This document shows, piece by piece, positions 63,613 to 64,000 of a stretch of DNA of 64,000 bases. Below the pieces are notes generated by a model. The model saw only the letters and a program-made list of their open reading frames with translations. It ran no database searches and was not told where the DNA came from. Position 1 is the first letter of the stretch, and each line of letters opens with the position of its first letter. The position numbers and the translations under genes are program-made. The DNA is from an uncultured bacterium (lineage in GTDB: Bacteria > Verrucomicrobiota > Kiritimatiellia > CAIKKV01 > CALHGX01). Location: positions 13,187 through 77,186 of the forward strand of contig CALHGX010000024.1 in assembly GCA_938031185.1 (NCBI GenBank), given 5' to 3'.

Positions 63613-63687
63613 TCCGGTGTAGCTCAATGGTAGAGCGGGTGGCTGTTAACCACTAGGTTACAGGTTCGAGCCCTGTCACCGGAGCCA
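63613..63687 (+). tRNA. tRNA-Asn (anticodon GTT), CCA encoded
   Basis: tccggtg-ta-gctc-aatggta-gagc-g-ggtgg-CTGTTAA-ccact-aggtt-acagg-ttcgagc-cctgt-caccgga-g-cca, a 75-nt cloverleaf. Confidence 0.9.
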
Positions 63688-64000
63688 CTTCATCTCGCGG
63701 AAGATTTCCGCGCCATCCGGTTAACACGAACGCCCGACCAGGCATTTGGCCATGCGTTTGTGTTTTGCATCGCACCCGCCGACGCCCGCCGGGGCGATCA
63801 ACGTGCGGAAGACCTACCGCCTGCCGGTTCCAGACCGGCGAGGCCCATGAGTGCCCGACGACATCGGAAAGTTCGGTGAACCTGCCATGAATGGGACAAA
63901 TCGGCCATCCGTGCCATGCGGCTTGCTCTCTGGCAAAGGCGCCATCCGGCTCAAGGGCTCGCAAACGGCTCATACGGCTCCAGAGTCGCACTAACTCTGC

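Noticed and set aside
63653-63991. 112-aa minus-strand ORF at the right edge.
   Set aside because: Its 3' end overlaps tRNA-Asn. Its composition is shadow-frame-like and it has no motif.
1-64000. Looked for CRISPR arrays, IS elements, transposases, integrases, phage genes, toxin-antitoxin pairs and known defence-system signatures (large ATPase/nuclease/helicase clusters).
   Set aside because: None was recognised. I saw no regularly spaced direct repeats and no DDE or tyrosine-recombinase motifs. Every long ORF could be assigned to envelope, pilus, glycosylation or housekeeping functions. The repeat search was by eye only and could miss short or degenerate repeats.

Overview
GC-rich bacterial chromosomal window, almost fully coding. 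I saw no rRNA, CRISPR array, transposase or integrase. The gene content suggests a PVC-superphylum organism, probably Verrucomicrobiota (inference only): several prepilin-type N-methylation proteins, a BatA/VWA plus DUF4175-like operon, bacterial TMTC-like GT-C enzymes, and a giant TSP3/LamG/NHL surface protein.

Layout:
(i) 1-9.7 kb: minus-strand operon of BatA-type VWA, CBM-like, DUF4175-like, PA14/TPR, a secreted protein and an FHA protein. The FHA ORF is missing from the supplied track.
(ii) 9.7-12.7 kb: MFS transporter, YbaK-like deacylase, secreted hypothetical.
(iii) 12.8-42.6 kb: a type IV filament locus. It runs pilB, pilC, a sigma-54 enhancer-binding response regulator and the major pilin. 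Next comes an ~8 kb glycosylation island (two TMTC-like GT-C/TPR enzymes, GT2, DUF2304-like, GT4, B12-radical SAM) and a PAS sensor that has a DHp domain but no ATPase domain. Then come the minor pilins (one of 704 aa), a PilX-like protein, a pilM/N/O/P-like chain, a lipoprotein, a 1856-aa TSP3/LamG/PEGA-like/NHL protein and the secretin. Three intergenic sites in this locus share the identical sigma-54-type core TGGCAT-N5-CTGCT.
(iv) 42.6-49.3 kb: tRNA-Arg, nadA, uvrB, a stand-alone ATP-grasp enzyme, a Ser/Thr kinase.
(v) 49.4-60.3 kb: a long tightly packed minus-strand chain of metG, FmdB-like, Zn-ribbon protein, hypothetical, argH, ExbB/ExbD-like, TPR and VWA genes.
(vi) 60.5-64 kb: a PlsC-carrier-acyl-AMP-ligase fusion, infA, tRNA-Asn.

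The most interesting candidate system is the pilus locus with its embedded TMTC-type glycosylation module and its giant adhesin-like gene. All family calls come from motif recognition by eye. No searches or computations were run.
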